Origin: a bacterium
GTDB taxonomy: Bacteria; SZUA-182; DTGQ01; JAFGSM01
NCBI GenBank assembly: GCA_049472315.1
Contig: JBLIRN010000011.1
Location: forward strand, 1-64,000
Length of the DNA: 64,000 nt
Reading direction: 5' to 3'
The notes beneath the pieces are model-generated. The model was not told where the DNA came from. It saw nothing but the letters and a program-made list of their open reading frames with translations, and searched no databases. The first letter of the stretch is position 1; every line of letters starts with the position of its first letter. A program made the translations under genes and the position numbers. This document shows positions 29,563 through 38,809 of this stretch, in pieces.

Positions 29563-30278
29563 TGACCGGGAAGGGAATGGCCGAGTGGTTCTCCATCGAG
29601 CTCCCGGTGGTTGACTACCAGGAGGTCTGGGACCTTCAGCGCCTTCTCGTAACGGCGCGGAAAGAGGGGCCCCTTGATCGGGATGTCGTGATTCTCACGG
29701 AGCACCCTCCCGTATATACCGTGGGCAGAAGGGGCGGGATGCAGGACCTGCGGGTGACCGAGGATTTTCTAAGGACGAAGGGGATCTCGGTCATCAGGAT
29801 CGAGCGCGGGGGAAACATCACCTTCCACGGTCCCGGTCAAATCGTCATGTATCCGATCATCGATCTTCGCCGGGCAGGTATGGGTGTGGCTGATCTCATC
29901 GAGCGGCTCGAGGGGATCATGCTGAGGGCCGCCGCGGATTACGGCCTCACGGCGACGCGGAACCCCCTCAACAGGGGGGTATGGGTGGGGCAAAGAAAGC
30001 TCGGGAGCGTGGGTATTGCCATCCGTCGCGGGATCTCCTTCCACGGCGCATCGCTCAACGTGACGAATTCCCTGGAGCCGTTCTCATGGATCAATCCGTG
30101 CGGGTTGAAGGGGATCGAGATGACCTCGATTGCTCAGGAGATCTCGGGCACCGTGCGCATGGAGGAGGTCCGCAAGGACGTGAGACGCCATACAGAGGGC
30201 ATATTCGGGGTTGCACTAAGGGAAATGCGGATGGCTCGGGGTCAGGTCTTGAATTATCAGTTTTTGCTTCGAAAATAG
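29559..30278 (+). CDS. lipB: Lipoyl(octanoyl) transferase
   Basis: EHPPVYTVG, RGGNITFHGPGQ, KLGSVG and INPCG motifs. Confidence 0.95.
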   Translation: MMTGKGMAEWFSIELPVVDYQEVWDLQRLLVTARKEGPLDRDVVILTEHPPVYTVGRRGGMQDLRVTEDFLRTKGISVIRIERGGNITFHGPGQIVMYPIIDLRRAGMGVADLIERLEGIMLRAAADYGLTATRNPLNRGVWVGQRKLGSVGIAIRRGISFHGASLNVTNSLEPFSWINPCGLKGIEMTSIAQEISGTVRMEEVRKDVRRHTEGIFGVALREMRMARGQVLNYQFLLRK

Positions 30279-30359
30279 AATCATATTTTCATGCTTCGTG
30301 ATGCCACAAGGTGGCATGAGGGTTTGTTGCAGAAAACTGTCATTTCAAGACCTGACCCC
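30238..30359. mobile_element. REPIN/MITE-like element with GGGGTCAGGTCTTGAA terminal inverted repeats (copy 1)
   Basis: Left TIR begins at 30238 and right TIR ends at 30359; internal unit shared with 58695..58888; overlaps the lipB 3' end. Confidence 0.8.
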
Positions 30360-30408
30360 ATTTCGGATGCGGCAAATCTCAAAAAAGTAAATCCCGAACG
30401 AACAGAGC

Positions 30409-31335
30409 ATGACAGTGACCATGGGTCATATAAATCAAGGGAATAACAATAGGATTGTCAGAAAACCGCCATGGTTGAGGCGCAGCCTTCCCAAGGGGGG
30501 TGCATTCGAGCGGGTGAGGGGACTTGTTCAGGCAGGGGGTCTCCACACCGTGTGCCAGGAGGCGCAATGCCCCAACATGTGGGAGTGTTTTTCCCGTCAT
30601 ACGGCGACGTTTCTCATCATGGGGCCCCGGTGCACGCGCCGGTGCCGTTTCTGTGCGGTCGATCACGGGCCATCAGGGCCTCCGGACCCGGAAGAACCCG
30701 CAAGGGTCGCAGAGATGGTCAAGAGGATGGGACTGCACTATGTGGTGATCACATCGGTTACCCGGGATGATCTTGCGGATGGTGGTGCAGGCCTTTTTGC
30801 GGCAACGATCGAGGCGATCAGGGGAATGGTGTCCGATGCCCTCGTGGAGGTCCTGATACCCGACCTTCAGGGGAGCATCGATGCCCTCCGAACGGTCCTC
30901 GATGCCCGTCCTGCAGTGCTGAACCACAACATCGAGACGGTACCTCGCCTGTATCCTATGGCCCGTCCCGGCGCCGGCTATCATCGATCCCTCGAGATAT
31001 TCAGACAGGCAAGGGAATATGCACCGTCCACCCCTTTGAAATCGGGTCTCATGCTCGGACTCGGGGAATCGGGTGAGGAGGTGAAGGAGGTCCTGGGTGA
31101 TCTCCGTGCCGCAGGCTGTAGCATCCTGACATTGGGACAGTATCTTCAACCGACAAGGGATCACCTGCCGGTGGAACATTTCATTCCTCCTGAGGAATTC
31201 GATCGGTGGAAGGAGATCGCGCTCGCCATGGGATTCTCGGATGCAGCGAGCGGACCATTTGTCAGGAGTTCCTATAGGGCGCGGGAGCTTTATAGGGGCG
31301 CAGAGGGTGAAGCTGTCCAACCTATCGCTCACTAA
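30409..31335 (+). CDS. lipA: Lipoyl synthase
   Basis: CQEAQCPNMWEC, CTRRCRFC and RSSY motifs. Confidence 0.97.
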   Translation: MTVTMGHINQGNNNRIVRKPPWLRRSLPKGGAFERVRGLVQAGGLHTVCQEAQCPNMWECFSRHTATFLIMGPRCTRRCRFCAVDHGPSGPPDPEEPARVAEMVKRMGLHYVVITSVTRDDLADGGAGLFAATIEAIRGMVSDALVEVLIPDLQGSIDALRTVLDARPAVLNHNIETVPRLYPMARPGAGYHRSLEIFRQAREYAPSTPLKSGLMLGLGESGEEVKEVLGDLRAAGCSILTLGQYLQPTRDHLPVEHFIPPEEFDRWKEIALAMGFSDAASGPFVRSSYRARELYRGAEGEAVQPIAH

Positions 31336-31561
31336 ACGATTTTCCGCCCACGGCGGCTAAAGCGCGTCAGTGTGCTTCGGCTCATCCTTACGCATTTTTC
31401 GATTCCGCGGATATCCCTTCTTCGTGAATATCCATAAATCCTATGTCCCTTTATCATATATTACATGGTCAGCTTATGAGAAATGGGGTAACCTGGGTAT
31501 AAGAAAGTAAATATATTGTTGATATTCTGAAAAAAATAAAAGATAGTCAAAACACTCCCCG

Positions 31562-31578
31562 CTGGAATGCTCCTTGCT
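31562..31578 (+). promoter_or_regulatory. Putative sigma-54 promoter
   Basis: CTGGAATGCTCCTTGCT fits YTGGCACG-N4-TTGCW spacing and follows an AT-rich tract. Confidence 0.6.
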
Positions 31579-31629
31579 TATTAAAAAATCGGCAATAATC
31601 ACGAATAGCTAATATCACACCCTCGTAAG

Positions 31630-32004
31630 GTGGGAGCATTTATGAGTACCTGCCTGTTAAGAAATATTGCAGTGCACCGGCGGTCTTATACCGGCATCGT
31701 TGTCCTCCTTGTGTTCAGTATATGCGCCCTCCTCTACCTGCAAGGTGAAGAATATGCGCAGTGCAGATGTGTCTTCCCAGATGAGATCATGGATTTTCAC
31801 TTTTCAGTCTCACCTCATATCGGGGATGATGAACAAATCTGCTGCTGCATATCAGGTGCGGATACCCCCCTGTTCTTCACCCTTGTGGATATGTGCAAGA
31901 CATTTGCCCGGAATGGGTCTCATATTCCAGCCTTTTTATTCCTCGAAAACCTGCATCATCCGGATTGCAGGAGGCAATTAATCCTTCAGCGCTATAAATC
32001 CTGA
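31630..32004 (+). CDS. Hypothetical small protein with one hydrophobic segment
   Basis: 124-aa Cys-rich ORF downstream of the sigma-54 site; no recognisable family. Confidence 0.3.
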   Translation: MGAFMSTCLLRNIAVHRRSYTGIVVLLVFSICALLYLQGEEYAQCRCVFPDEIMDFHFSVSPHIGDDEQICCCISGADTPLFFTLVDMCKTFARNGSHIPAFLFLENLHHPDCRRQLILQRYKS

Positions 32005-32238
32005 GATTACGCACCTCATCCCGTTTTCTTTCTTTCCATGAAGGCATCTTTATGTATTTATTGTAAATGTATTCTTGTTTAAAGCAGAGGATATACGACA
32101 TGATGTACATGTCATGGTATCACCATTTTTTCATGAGCACACCACTATGATTGTTTGAACATACATGACTGCGGCGATTATTTCCTCGTGCGGATTCGAA
32201 TGGATTGTTGCAAGGGATTTCGTAAATGGAGGTACTGC

Positions 32239-33240
32239 ATGAAGAGGTTAGTGCGTGAAACAGTGAATTCAGGAATTGTGATCATAATCCTCGTATTGGT
32301 GGTCCCGCTTGCCGTCTCCCCTGGCAATGCCTACTTTGGCACCTTTTCTTCGGGATTTTATGGAGGACTCGGATCATACGGATTGGGGGGATTATACGGC
32401 ATGGGTCTCTATGGCCTTGGCGGCATGTACGGAGGTTCATACGGCCTGTACGGTCTTTCCGGTCTCGGGGGCCTGTATGGCCTGGGCGGTATCTATGGCC
32501 TGGGCGGGCTTTACGGCATGGGTCTCTATGGCCTTGGCGGCATGTATGGAGGTTCATACGGCCTGTACGGTCTTTCCGGTCTCGGGGGCCTGTATGGCCT
32601 GGGCCTTGGCGGGCTCTGCGGCCTGAGTGGCTTGTACGGTCTTTCCGGTCTTTCCGGTCTCGGCGGCCTTGGCGGCTTGTATGGCCTTGGCGGGCTCTCC
32701 GGCCTCGGAGGACTCCTCGGCTCAATGGGGCTCCTGGGCAACTTGGGTCTTGGTAATACAATCACTCAGAGTACTCCAACACAAACGGCCGTGCTCACAG
32801 CGGAACAGGCCGGCACGTGGTCAGGCACCTGGACGAGTCTCGTTACCCTGAAGGGCGGGTTCATGGATATGAGCCTCGTTGAGGATGTGCTGACGGGTGT
32901 GCTCAGCGGGCAGGTGAATCTGTTCCTGAACAAGGTCACAAATTCGATACCTGCCGATGTGACAGGATATCTCACTACCGTTGGACCCGGCAGTTTGGGC
33001 ATTACCGGAACAGGCGGGGCAGTGGCGACATTCATCCTCTCCGGAGGGAATCAGAGTTTCTTCAGCTCGCTGGTGCTGGTGCCGGTTTTTACCAGCGCCA
33101 TTCCCCTTTACACCATCAATCTTGTCTGTGTCATGACAAGCCCGGTCACGATGACCGGGACGTATGATGTGCAGGATATCTATAAGCTGAATGCCGATTC
33201 AGGTGAATTCCAACTGACCCTGACTGCGCCGGTTATATAG
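32239..33240 (+). CDS. Secreted protein with a Gly/Leu/Tyr (GLYGLGG) repeat region and a C-terminal AEQAGTW beta domain
   Basis: GGAGG RBS; signal peptide; ~140 aa of low-complexity repeats; paralog of 33592..34500. Confidence 0.82.
   Translation: MKRLVRETVNSGIVIIILVLVVPLAVSPGNAYFGTFSSGFYGGLGSYGLGGLYGMGLYGLGGMYGGSYGLYGLSGLGGLYGLGGIYGLGGLYGMGLYGLGGMYGGSYGLYGLSGLGGLYGLGLGGLCGLSGLYGLSGLSGLGGLGGLYGLGGLSGLGGLLGSMGLLGNLGLGNTITQSTPTQTAVLTAEQAGTWSGTWTSLVTLKGGFMDMSLVEDVLTGVLSGQVNLFLNKVTNSIPADVTGYLTTVGPGSLGITGTGGAVATFILSGGNQSFFSSLVLVPVFTSAIPLYTINLVCVMTSPVTMTGTYDVQDIYKLNADSGEFQLTLTAPVI
32395..32604 (+). repeat. Intragenic tandem duplication with 117-bp (39-codon) period
   Basis: TACGGCATGGGTCTCTATGGCC... 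occurs at 32395 and 32512, nearly identical over about 90 bp. Confidence 0.88.
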
Positions 33241-33269
33241 CCATCTCCCTACCCTCCTAACCATGAAGA

Positions 33270-33316
33270 CGGGCTGCCTGAATAACGTAAGGCAGCCCGC
33301 ATTCTCTCTTTTTTTT
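33270..33316 (+). terminator. Probable intrinsic terminator
   Basis: CGGGCTGCCT...AGGCAGCCCG stem followed by a pyrimidine/T-run. Confidence 0.65.
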
Positions 33317-33591
33317 CGGGAAAAACCATACCGATAAGGGCGTGCCATTATCAGTGAGCTTACAATCAATGGCCCGGCAGAATTGGGCCATTCATCATTG
33401 CAAAGACCCTGTATGCTGCAATTTCTTGTTTTTATACTTGGGAGAGGATGGATGCCGCCCCTGGGTGGGCACGAAAGTTCTCCCCAGGTTCGGCTGACAC
33501 AGTTCAGTGGTAATGAGAGAACCCATGCCGTCCGTTTCCGGATGATTCGGGAATCCTCGCGGGGAATGACATCTACCCCCTGATTGCTGGC

Positions 33592-34500
33592 TTACAGAGG
33601 CACGGAAATACAGGTAAGGGTGAAGCTTCCGATATCACTGCTAAACAGTTTTACAAGATCCTGAATAACATATGAGCCGGTCATGCTGGTCGGACTCGTC
33701 AAGGTGCAGGTGAGCTCGATGGAGTAGAGGGTGGCTGAGGGAATGAGCAGGAACGTGCTGGTGAAAATGGTATTATTTCCACCGGAGAGGATGAATGTAG
33801 AGCCGCCGCTGTAGACACCCTTCACCTGAGCCGGTATCGAAGCGGTTATATTATTCAGCAGAAGATTCACCTCCCCGGAGAGAAGGCTGTTTGTTGCATC
33901 CTCTATGAGGGTGAGGTTCATTGATCCGAAATCGGTGATTTTGACATAGCTGAACCAGGTTCCGGTCCATGTGCCTGCCTGCTCCGCGGCGACCACAGGA
34001 ACGGAAGGGACCGCCGGTAACAATGACGCAGGCAATAGGCCGAGGGACAGTGAGCCAAGAGAGATAGTATTGCCGATGCCTCCGGCATTGCCGATGCTGT
34101 TCAGGAGCGCCCACGGCCCGAACATGCGGTACATAGCCCCAAGGCCGAGAAAGGGATTGAGTCCGTAGAGGCCGCCAAGACTTCCGCCAAACAGGCCCAT
34201 TCCATATATTCCGGCAGGGATCGCGGGGAATCCGAGGTTCAGGCTTGACCCGATTCCATACAACCCGCCGTAGAATCCTCCGTATCCATGGAGATTATAG
34301 ATCCCCCCTATGGAGGGGTACATCCCGTACGCCCCTGGAACATTTCCATATATATTCCTGCTCCCTGAGAAAAGGATGTACGGGTGTGCATCATACGCCC
34401 CCGCAATGAGAATAACCATCCCTATAAGAGCTATACTCATAAGTAGAAGCAATGATTGTGCGGTTTTCATTTTCTTCTTCTCCTCCACCAGCAAAGGCAT
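33592..34500 (-). CDS. Secreted Gly/Tyr-rich protein with a C-terminal AEQAGTW beta domain (paralog)
   Basis: Signal peptide; YG-rich segment; AEQAGTWTGTW...LSGEVNL...TFILSGGN...SMTGSY aligns with 32239..33240; start may be 34470. Confidence 0.82.
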   Translation of the reverse strand: MPLLVEEKKKMKTAQSLLLLMSIALIGMVILIAGAYDAHPYILFSGSRNIYGNVPGAYGMYPSIGGIYNLHGYGGFYGGLYGIGSSLNLGFPAIPAGIYGMGLFGGSLGGLYGLNPFLGLGAMYRMFGPWALLNSIGNAGGIGNTISLGSLSLGLLPASLLPAVPSVPVVAAEQAGTWTGTWFSYVKITDFGSMNLTLIEDATNSLLSGEVNLLLNNITASIPAQVKGVYSGGSTFILSGGNNTIFTSTFLLIPSATLYSIELTCTLTSPTSMTGSYVIQDLVKLFSSDIGSFTLTCISVPL

Positions 34501-34638
34501 TTTTCAAACCCCGGTTCCATGTTCCGGAACCATTGCCGATATTGTTGCACCTCCACACCCCCTTTCAGTTCGATGTAAGATAAAAGTAAGAGCAATCCCG
34601 GAAGTGTATGCGACCCTGCCCTTGCAGCAGGATGTTTT

Positions 34639-34670
34639 CTCGAGGTGGGCACAAGGGTGCCCACCTCGAG
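34639..34670. other. Perfect 14-bp-stem hairpin in a long 5' leader
   Basis: CTCGAGGTGGGCAC-AAGG-GTGCCCACCTCGAG, with no T-tail in the minus-strand (sense) direction. Confidence 0.8.
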
Positions 34671-34840
34671 TCAGACGGCCACGTTGTTCGGGGAACAGGT
34701 GGTATCGATTATCGCACGTTCATGGTGATACGCCGGCTATGGCCTCCCACACAATATGAGAGGGAAGAAGGAACTGCATAGTGAGAAGGAGTCGCAAGAA
34801 GAACCACACGGGGAAGCGTGACCGTTCTACCCCGTTAGAG

Positions 34841-34857
34841 AGCAAGGAATGTGCCAT
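34841..34857 (-). promoter_or_regulatory. Sigma-54 promoter
   Basis: Minus strand ATGGCACATTCCTTGCT is near consensus; AT-rich region upstream. Confidence 0.75.
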
Positions 34858-35169
34858 GGAGGGCACGAATGCTGGTATTTAATATATTGATTATATTGAT
34901 AGTTTTTTGCATTATGAATTGTTTTTAAATCATCGATATAGATAAAAATATACAATTTATGATTTTTAGCATACTAATTATGGAAACCCCAATATCTATA
35001 GGATTAAGTTCGCGCACCTTGGAGGGCTCAAAGAAATTCCTCTTTTGATACACCGTGTGTATGTATCGGGGTAGTTATCATGTCATGCCATGTTTTTATT
35101 TGTGAGAGAACAACCGGATGCTTCAGGGGATAACCGCATGATTCGTTACTACGGGGCAGGACGAACGGA

Positions 35170-36954
35170 TCAATGAGGATCAAGACCGGGTGTATGCGAG
35201 GGAATGAAATCCCTGAATTGCTCCTCGTACAGCCGGCGGTACACGCCGCCCGGTGTGCGCAGCAATTCCTCGTGGCTTCCCCTCTCCCCGATCCGTCCAT
35301 TGTTGAAAACGGCGATGGTATGGGCGGATTTGATGGTGGAGAGGCGGTGGGCGATGATGATGGTGGTTCGGCCCTTCATCAGCCGCAGCAGGGCATCCTG
35401 GATGAGGTTTTCCGATTCCGAATCCAGTGATGAGGTGGCCTCGTCGAGGATCAGGATCGGGGCATCCTTGAGGAAGGCCCTGGCAAGGGCGATGCGCTGC
35501 CGCTGACCCCCGGAGAGTTTCGCGCCTCCCTCGCCGATTTCCGTGTGATACCCCTTGGGCAGTTGCATGATGAACTCGTGCGCGTTGGCGGAAATCGCCG
35601 CTCTCCTGACCTCCTCCTCGGTGGCGTTCAGCCTCCCCATGAGGATGTTTTCATAGATGCCTCCGGAAAAGAGGATCGGCTCCTGGGGCACCAGTGCCAC
35701 CTGCTGCCGCAGCGATTTTATCTGGAGATCCCGGATATCCTGTCCATCAATGAGGATGGCCCCCTCAGTGACCTCGTAGAAGCGCGGTATGAGCTTCACG
35801 AAGGTGGATTTGCCCGCACCGCTTCGACCCACCAGGGCGATGATGGTTTCCGGCGGTATGGTGATGGTGATATCCCTCAGGATGGTGCGGGAGGGATCGT
35901 ACCCGAAGCTGACTGTGTCGAACCGGATTTCCCCCGTGAGGGATGTAACCGCACGGGCATTCGGCCGGTTCGTAATCGCGGGAAATGTGCTGAACACCTC
36001 GTGCACCCGCTCGATTGCGGAGAGGGAGTTTGCCAGTTGTATGTTCAACTCGGTGAGCCTGTTCAGCGGCTGGTAGAACATGCCCAGGTAGGCGTAGAAG
36101 GCGGTCAGCTCCCCCACCGTCAGATTTCCCCGCATAACCTGCAGCGCGCCGTACCAGACCACGAGCACCGGTGCGATGGAGGTGAGAAACCCGATGAGGG
36201 CTGCGGCCAGGGCGTTGTTCTTGATGTTCATGATGCGATACAGGAGGTATGCCCGGTGTTCGGTAAAGAAGTGGTGTTCCTCTGATTTTTCACAGGTAAA
36301 GGATTGTATCACGGAGATCCCCCCCAGCTTTTCATGCACGTGGCCTGCGATCTTCTCCATCTTTTCCTCTGCCAGTTTGCTGGTCCTGCGGATGCGCTTT
36401 TTGAAGAACTTGTTGAGGCCGATATAGAAGGGGAAGATGACCAGGGAGACAAGGGCCAGACGCCAGTTCATGTAGAAGATGATCCCGGTGATCAGAAACA
36501 GGGAACTGACATCCATGATACTGTTGGTAAAGGCCGCACCCACGAAGTTCTGGGCGATGGATATATCCCCCAAAAGCCGGGAGGCGATGGAGCCCACCTG
36601 GCGGTTTTCGTAAAACCCGAGGGACATCCGCTGGAGGTGCACATAGAGCTCGTGGCGCAGGTCGAAGATGAGCCTCTGGCCTGCCTGGTCCGCAAGGTAG
36701 GAGCGGTAGTAGGTGATGAACGCCCAGAGGATGTAGGCGCCTATGAGCAAAAGGATGCCGTGGTTGATCCGGGTCATGCTCGGCGCGGATGCAGTGAGCA
36801 GATGATCGATCACATCCTTGAGTATCCATGGAAAGAGTACGGGGATATTGTACTTCAGGAGGCCGCAGAGGGTGGCGCCTGCGATCCACCAGCGATACGG
36901 CCGTGCATAGGAGAGAAACCGCTTCAGCGATTCATTTATATGAAATATACGCAT
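35170..36954 (-). CDS. ABC exporter, fused permease and ATPase (MsbA/Sav1866-like)
   Basis: TM domain; GRSGAGKS, LSGGQRQR, DEATS and AHRLST motifs. Confidence 0.93.
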   Translation of the reverse strand: MRIFHINESLKRFLSYARPYRWWIAGATLCGLLKYNIPVLFPWILKDVIDHLLTASAPSMTRINHGILLLIGAYILWAFITYYRSYLADQAGQRLIFDLRHELYVHLQRMSLGFYENRQVGSIASRLLGDISIAQNFVGAAFTNSIMDVSSLFLITGIIFYMNWRLALVSLVIFPFYIGLNKFFKKRIRRTSKLAEEKMEKIAGHVHEKLGGISVIQSFTCEKSEEHHFFTEHRAYLLYRIMNIKNNALAAALIGFLTSIAPVLVVWYGALQVMRGNLTVGELTAFYAYLGMFYQPLNRLTELNIQLANSLSAIERVHEVFSTFPAITNRPNARAVTSLTGEIRFDTVSFGYDPSRTILRDITITIPPETIIALVGRSGAGKSTFVKLIPRFYEVTEGAILIDGQDIRDLQIKSLRQQVALVPQEPILFSGGIYENILMGRLNATEEEVRRAAISANAHEFIMQLPKGYHTEIGEGGAKLSGGQRQRIALARAFLKDAPILILDEATSSLDSESENLIQDALLRLMKGRTTIIIAHRLSTIKSAHTIAVFNNGRIGERGSHEELLRTPGGVYRRLYEEQFRDFIPSHTPGLDPH

Positions 36955-36979
36955 CGATCACTACCTGCTTGTCCGAATA

Positions 36980-38701
36980 TTAATGGGGGGTGTTCGACAT
37001 CTCCATAAACCGCCGGGCATCGTATTTCATGATCCGCTTCTGTCGCTCCCTCCCGGCCCTGTCCCGCTCCACAAAGATCCTTCCGCCTGTCCACGGATCG
37101 ATGCCGGTCCAGTACATGAGCGTGGAAAGGGTCGACGGGGTGGGGGTGAATATCTGCACCTGCTCGGGCCGAAGCCTGAGCTCATGTGCGGCGAACCGCT
37201 TGAGTTTCATCATGTCCTCCGTTGTGCACCCGGGATGTGCTGCGATAAAGTAATAGGTAAGGAATTGCCTGGTGCCAAGCTCCTTGTTGATTTTGAAAAA
37301 GAGTTCCCTGAAGCGCAGGAGGAGCCGCCGGGAGGGCTTCCCCATGAGCCTGAGCACCCGGTCCGCCACGTGCTCGGGCGCCACCTTCAACTGGCCTGAG
37401 ATGTGGTGGGCTGCGAGTTCCCGCAGGTAGGTTTCACCCGATCGCTTATCGCCCAGGATAAGGTCGTAGCGGATCCCCGATGCGACGAATACCCTGGTCA
37501 CCTTCGGAATCCCCCTGAGGCGCCGCAGGAGATTGACCTGGCGCATGTGGTTTGGCTTCAACGCGGGACATAGCGACGGGAAAAGGCAGCGCCGGTCCTC
37601 GCATGCCCCCGCCTTCTCCTTTCTGCCGCACTCGATGCCGTACATATTGGCGGTGGGTCCGCCCACGTCTGCGATAATCCCCTTGAACGCAGGATGTCTG
37701 GTCATTGCTTCGGCCTCTTTAACGATCGATTCCTCGCTCCGGGAAACCACCCGCCTTCCCTGGTGTATGGATAGGGCGCAGAAGCTGCATTCCCCATAAC
37801 ATCCCCGATGGGTGGTGATGGAAAACCGGATGGTTTCGAGGGCCTTGACACTCCCCTCCCCGGCATAGAAGGGGTGTACATCCCGTTCGTACTCGAGATT
37901 GTAGATCCGGTCCAGTTCCTCCGGGGAAAGGTCCGGCTGGGGCGGGTTCTGGATGAGGTATCGCTCCCCGTGCCGCTGGCAGAGGCCCTGTGCGCGGGCA
38001 GGGTCGGTGTTCTCGTAGAATGTGGTGAACATCCGGGAAAACAGGTGCCTGTCATCCGCCGCCTCTTCAAAGGAGGGAAGCCGTATATATCCGTGCGGAG
38101 GTGAGTCGCCGATAAAGCATATCCCCCTGCAATCATGGAGATCCGAGCCCTTTTTCAGTCTCTCCGCAATCTCCAGGCACGCCCGCTCCCCCATGCCGTA
38201 TACAATGATATCGGCCTTTGCATCGAACAGGATCGAACGCCGTATCGCATTGCTCCAGTAGTCGTAGTGGGCAATCCTCCGCAGGCTCGCCTCGATGCCG
38301 CCGAGCACGATGGGGACCGTATGTTTGAAGTGCCTGCGTATGAGGTTCGCATAGGCGATGAGGGCCCTGTCAGGCCTTCTGCCGTTGAAGCCGCCCGGGG
38401 TGAGGTCGTCCCTGTTTCGCCTCTTTCCGGATGCCGTATAGTTGGACACCATGGAGTCGACCGAGCCCGACGTGACCCCCCAGAAGAGGGAGGGCTCCCC
38501 CAGCCGGGCAATGTCCCGTGCGCTGTCCACACAGGGCTGGGCAATGATGCCCACTTTGTACCCCTTGTCGAGCAATACCTTGCCGATCAGGGCAACACCC
38601 GAAAAGGGGGTGTCGATGTAGGTGTCCCCAGAAACAAGGATCACATCCAGGCCGGTCCATCCCAGATTTTCCATTTCTTCACGGGTGGTGGGAAGAAACA
38701 T
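36980..38701 (-). CDS. ygiQ: YgiQ-family radical SAM protein (UPF0313)
   Basis: MFLPTT...GDTYID, GGIEASLRRIAHYDYW, RGCYGECSFC and EQVQIFTPTP motifs. Confidence 0.92.
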   Translation of the reverse strand: MFLPTTREEMENLGWTGLDVILVSGDTYIDTPFSGVALIGKVLLDKGYKVGIIAQPCVDSARDIARLGEPSLFWGVTSGSVDSMVSNYTASGKRRNRDDLTPGGFNGRRPDRALIAYANLIRRHFKHTVPIVLGGIEASLRRIAHYDYWSNAIRRSILFDAKADIIVYGMGERACLEIAERLKKGSDLHDCRGICFIGDSPPHGYIRLPSFEEAADDRHLFSRMFTTFYENTDPARAQGLCQRHGERYLIQNPPQPDLSPEELDRIYNLEYERDVHPFYAGEGSVKALETIRFSITTHRGCYGECSFCALSIHQGRRVVSRSEESIVKEAEAMTRHPAFKGIIADVGGPTANMYGIECGRKEKAGACEDRRCLFPSLCPALKPNHMRQVNLLRRLRGIPKVTRVFVASGIRYDLILGDKRSGETYLRELAAHHISGQLKVAPEHVADRVLRLMGKPSRRLLLRFRELFFKINKELGTRQFLTYYFIAAHPGCTTEDMMKLKRFAAHELRLRPEQVQIFTPTPSTLSTLMYWTGIDPWTGGRIFVERDRAGRERQKRIMKYDARRFMEMSNTPH

Positions 38702-38809
38702 GCATGCCTCTTATCTTTTGAACTATGGGGCGGGAATGTACGGCATTCCCCCTCGATAATGGGGTGACAACGGTAGGGTGCCCAAAGAAACATCAATTGC
38801 TACCATCCG

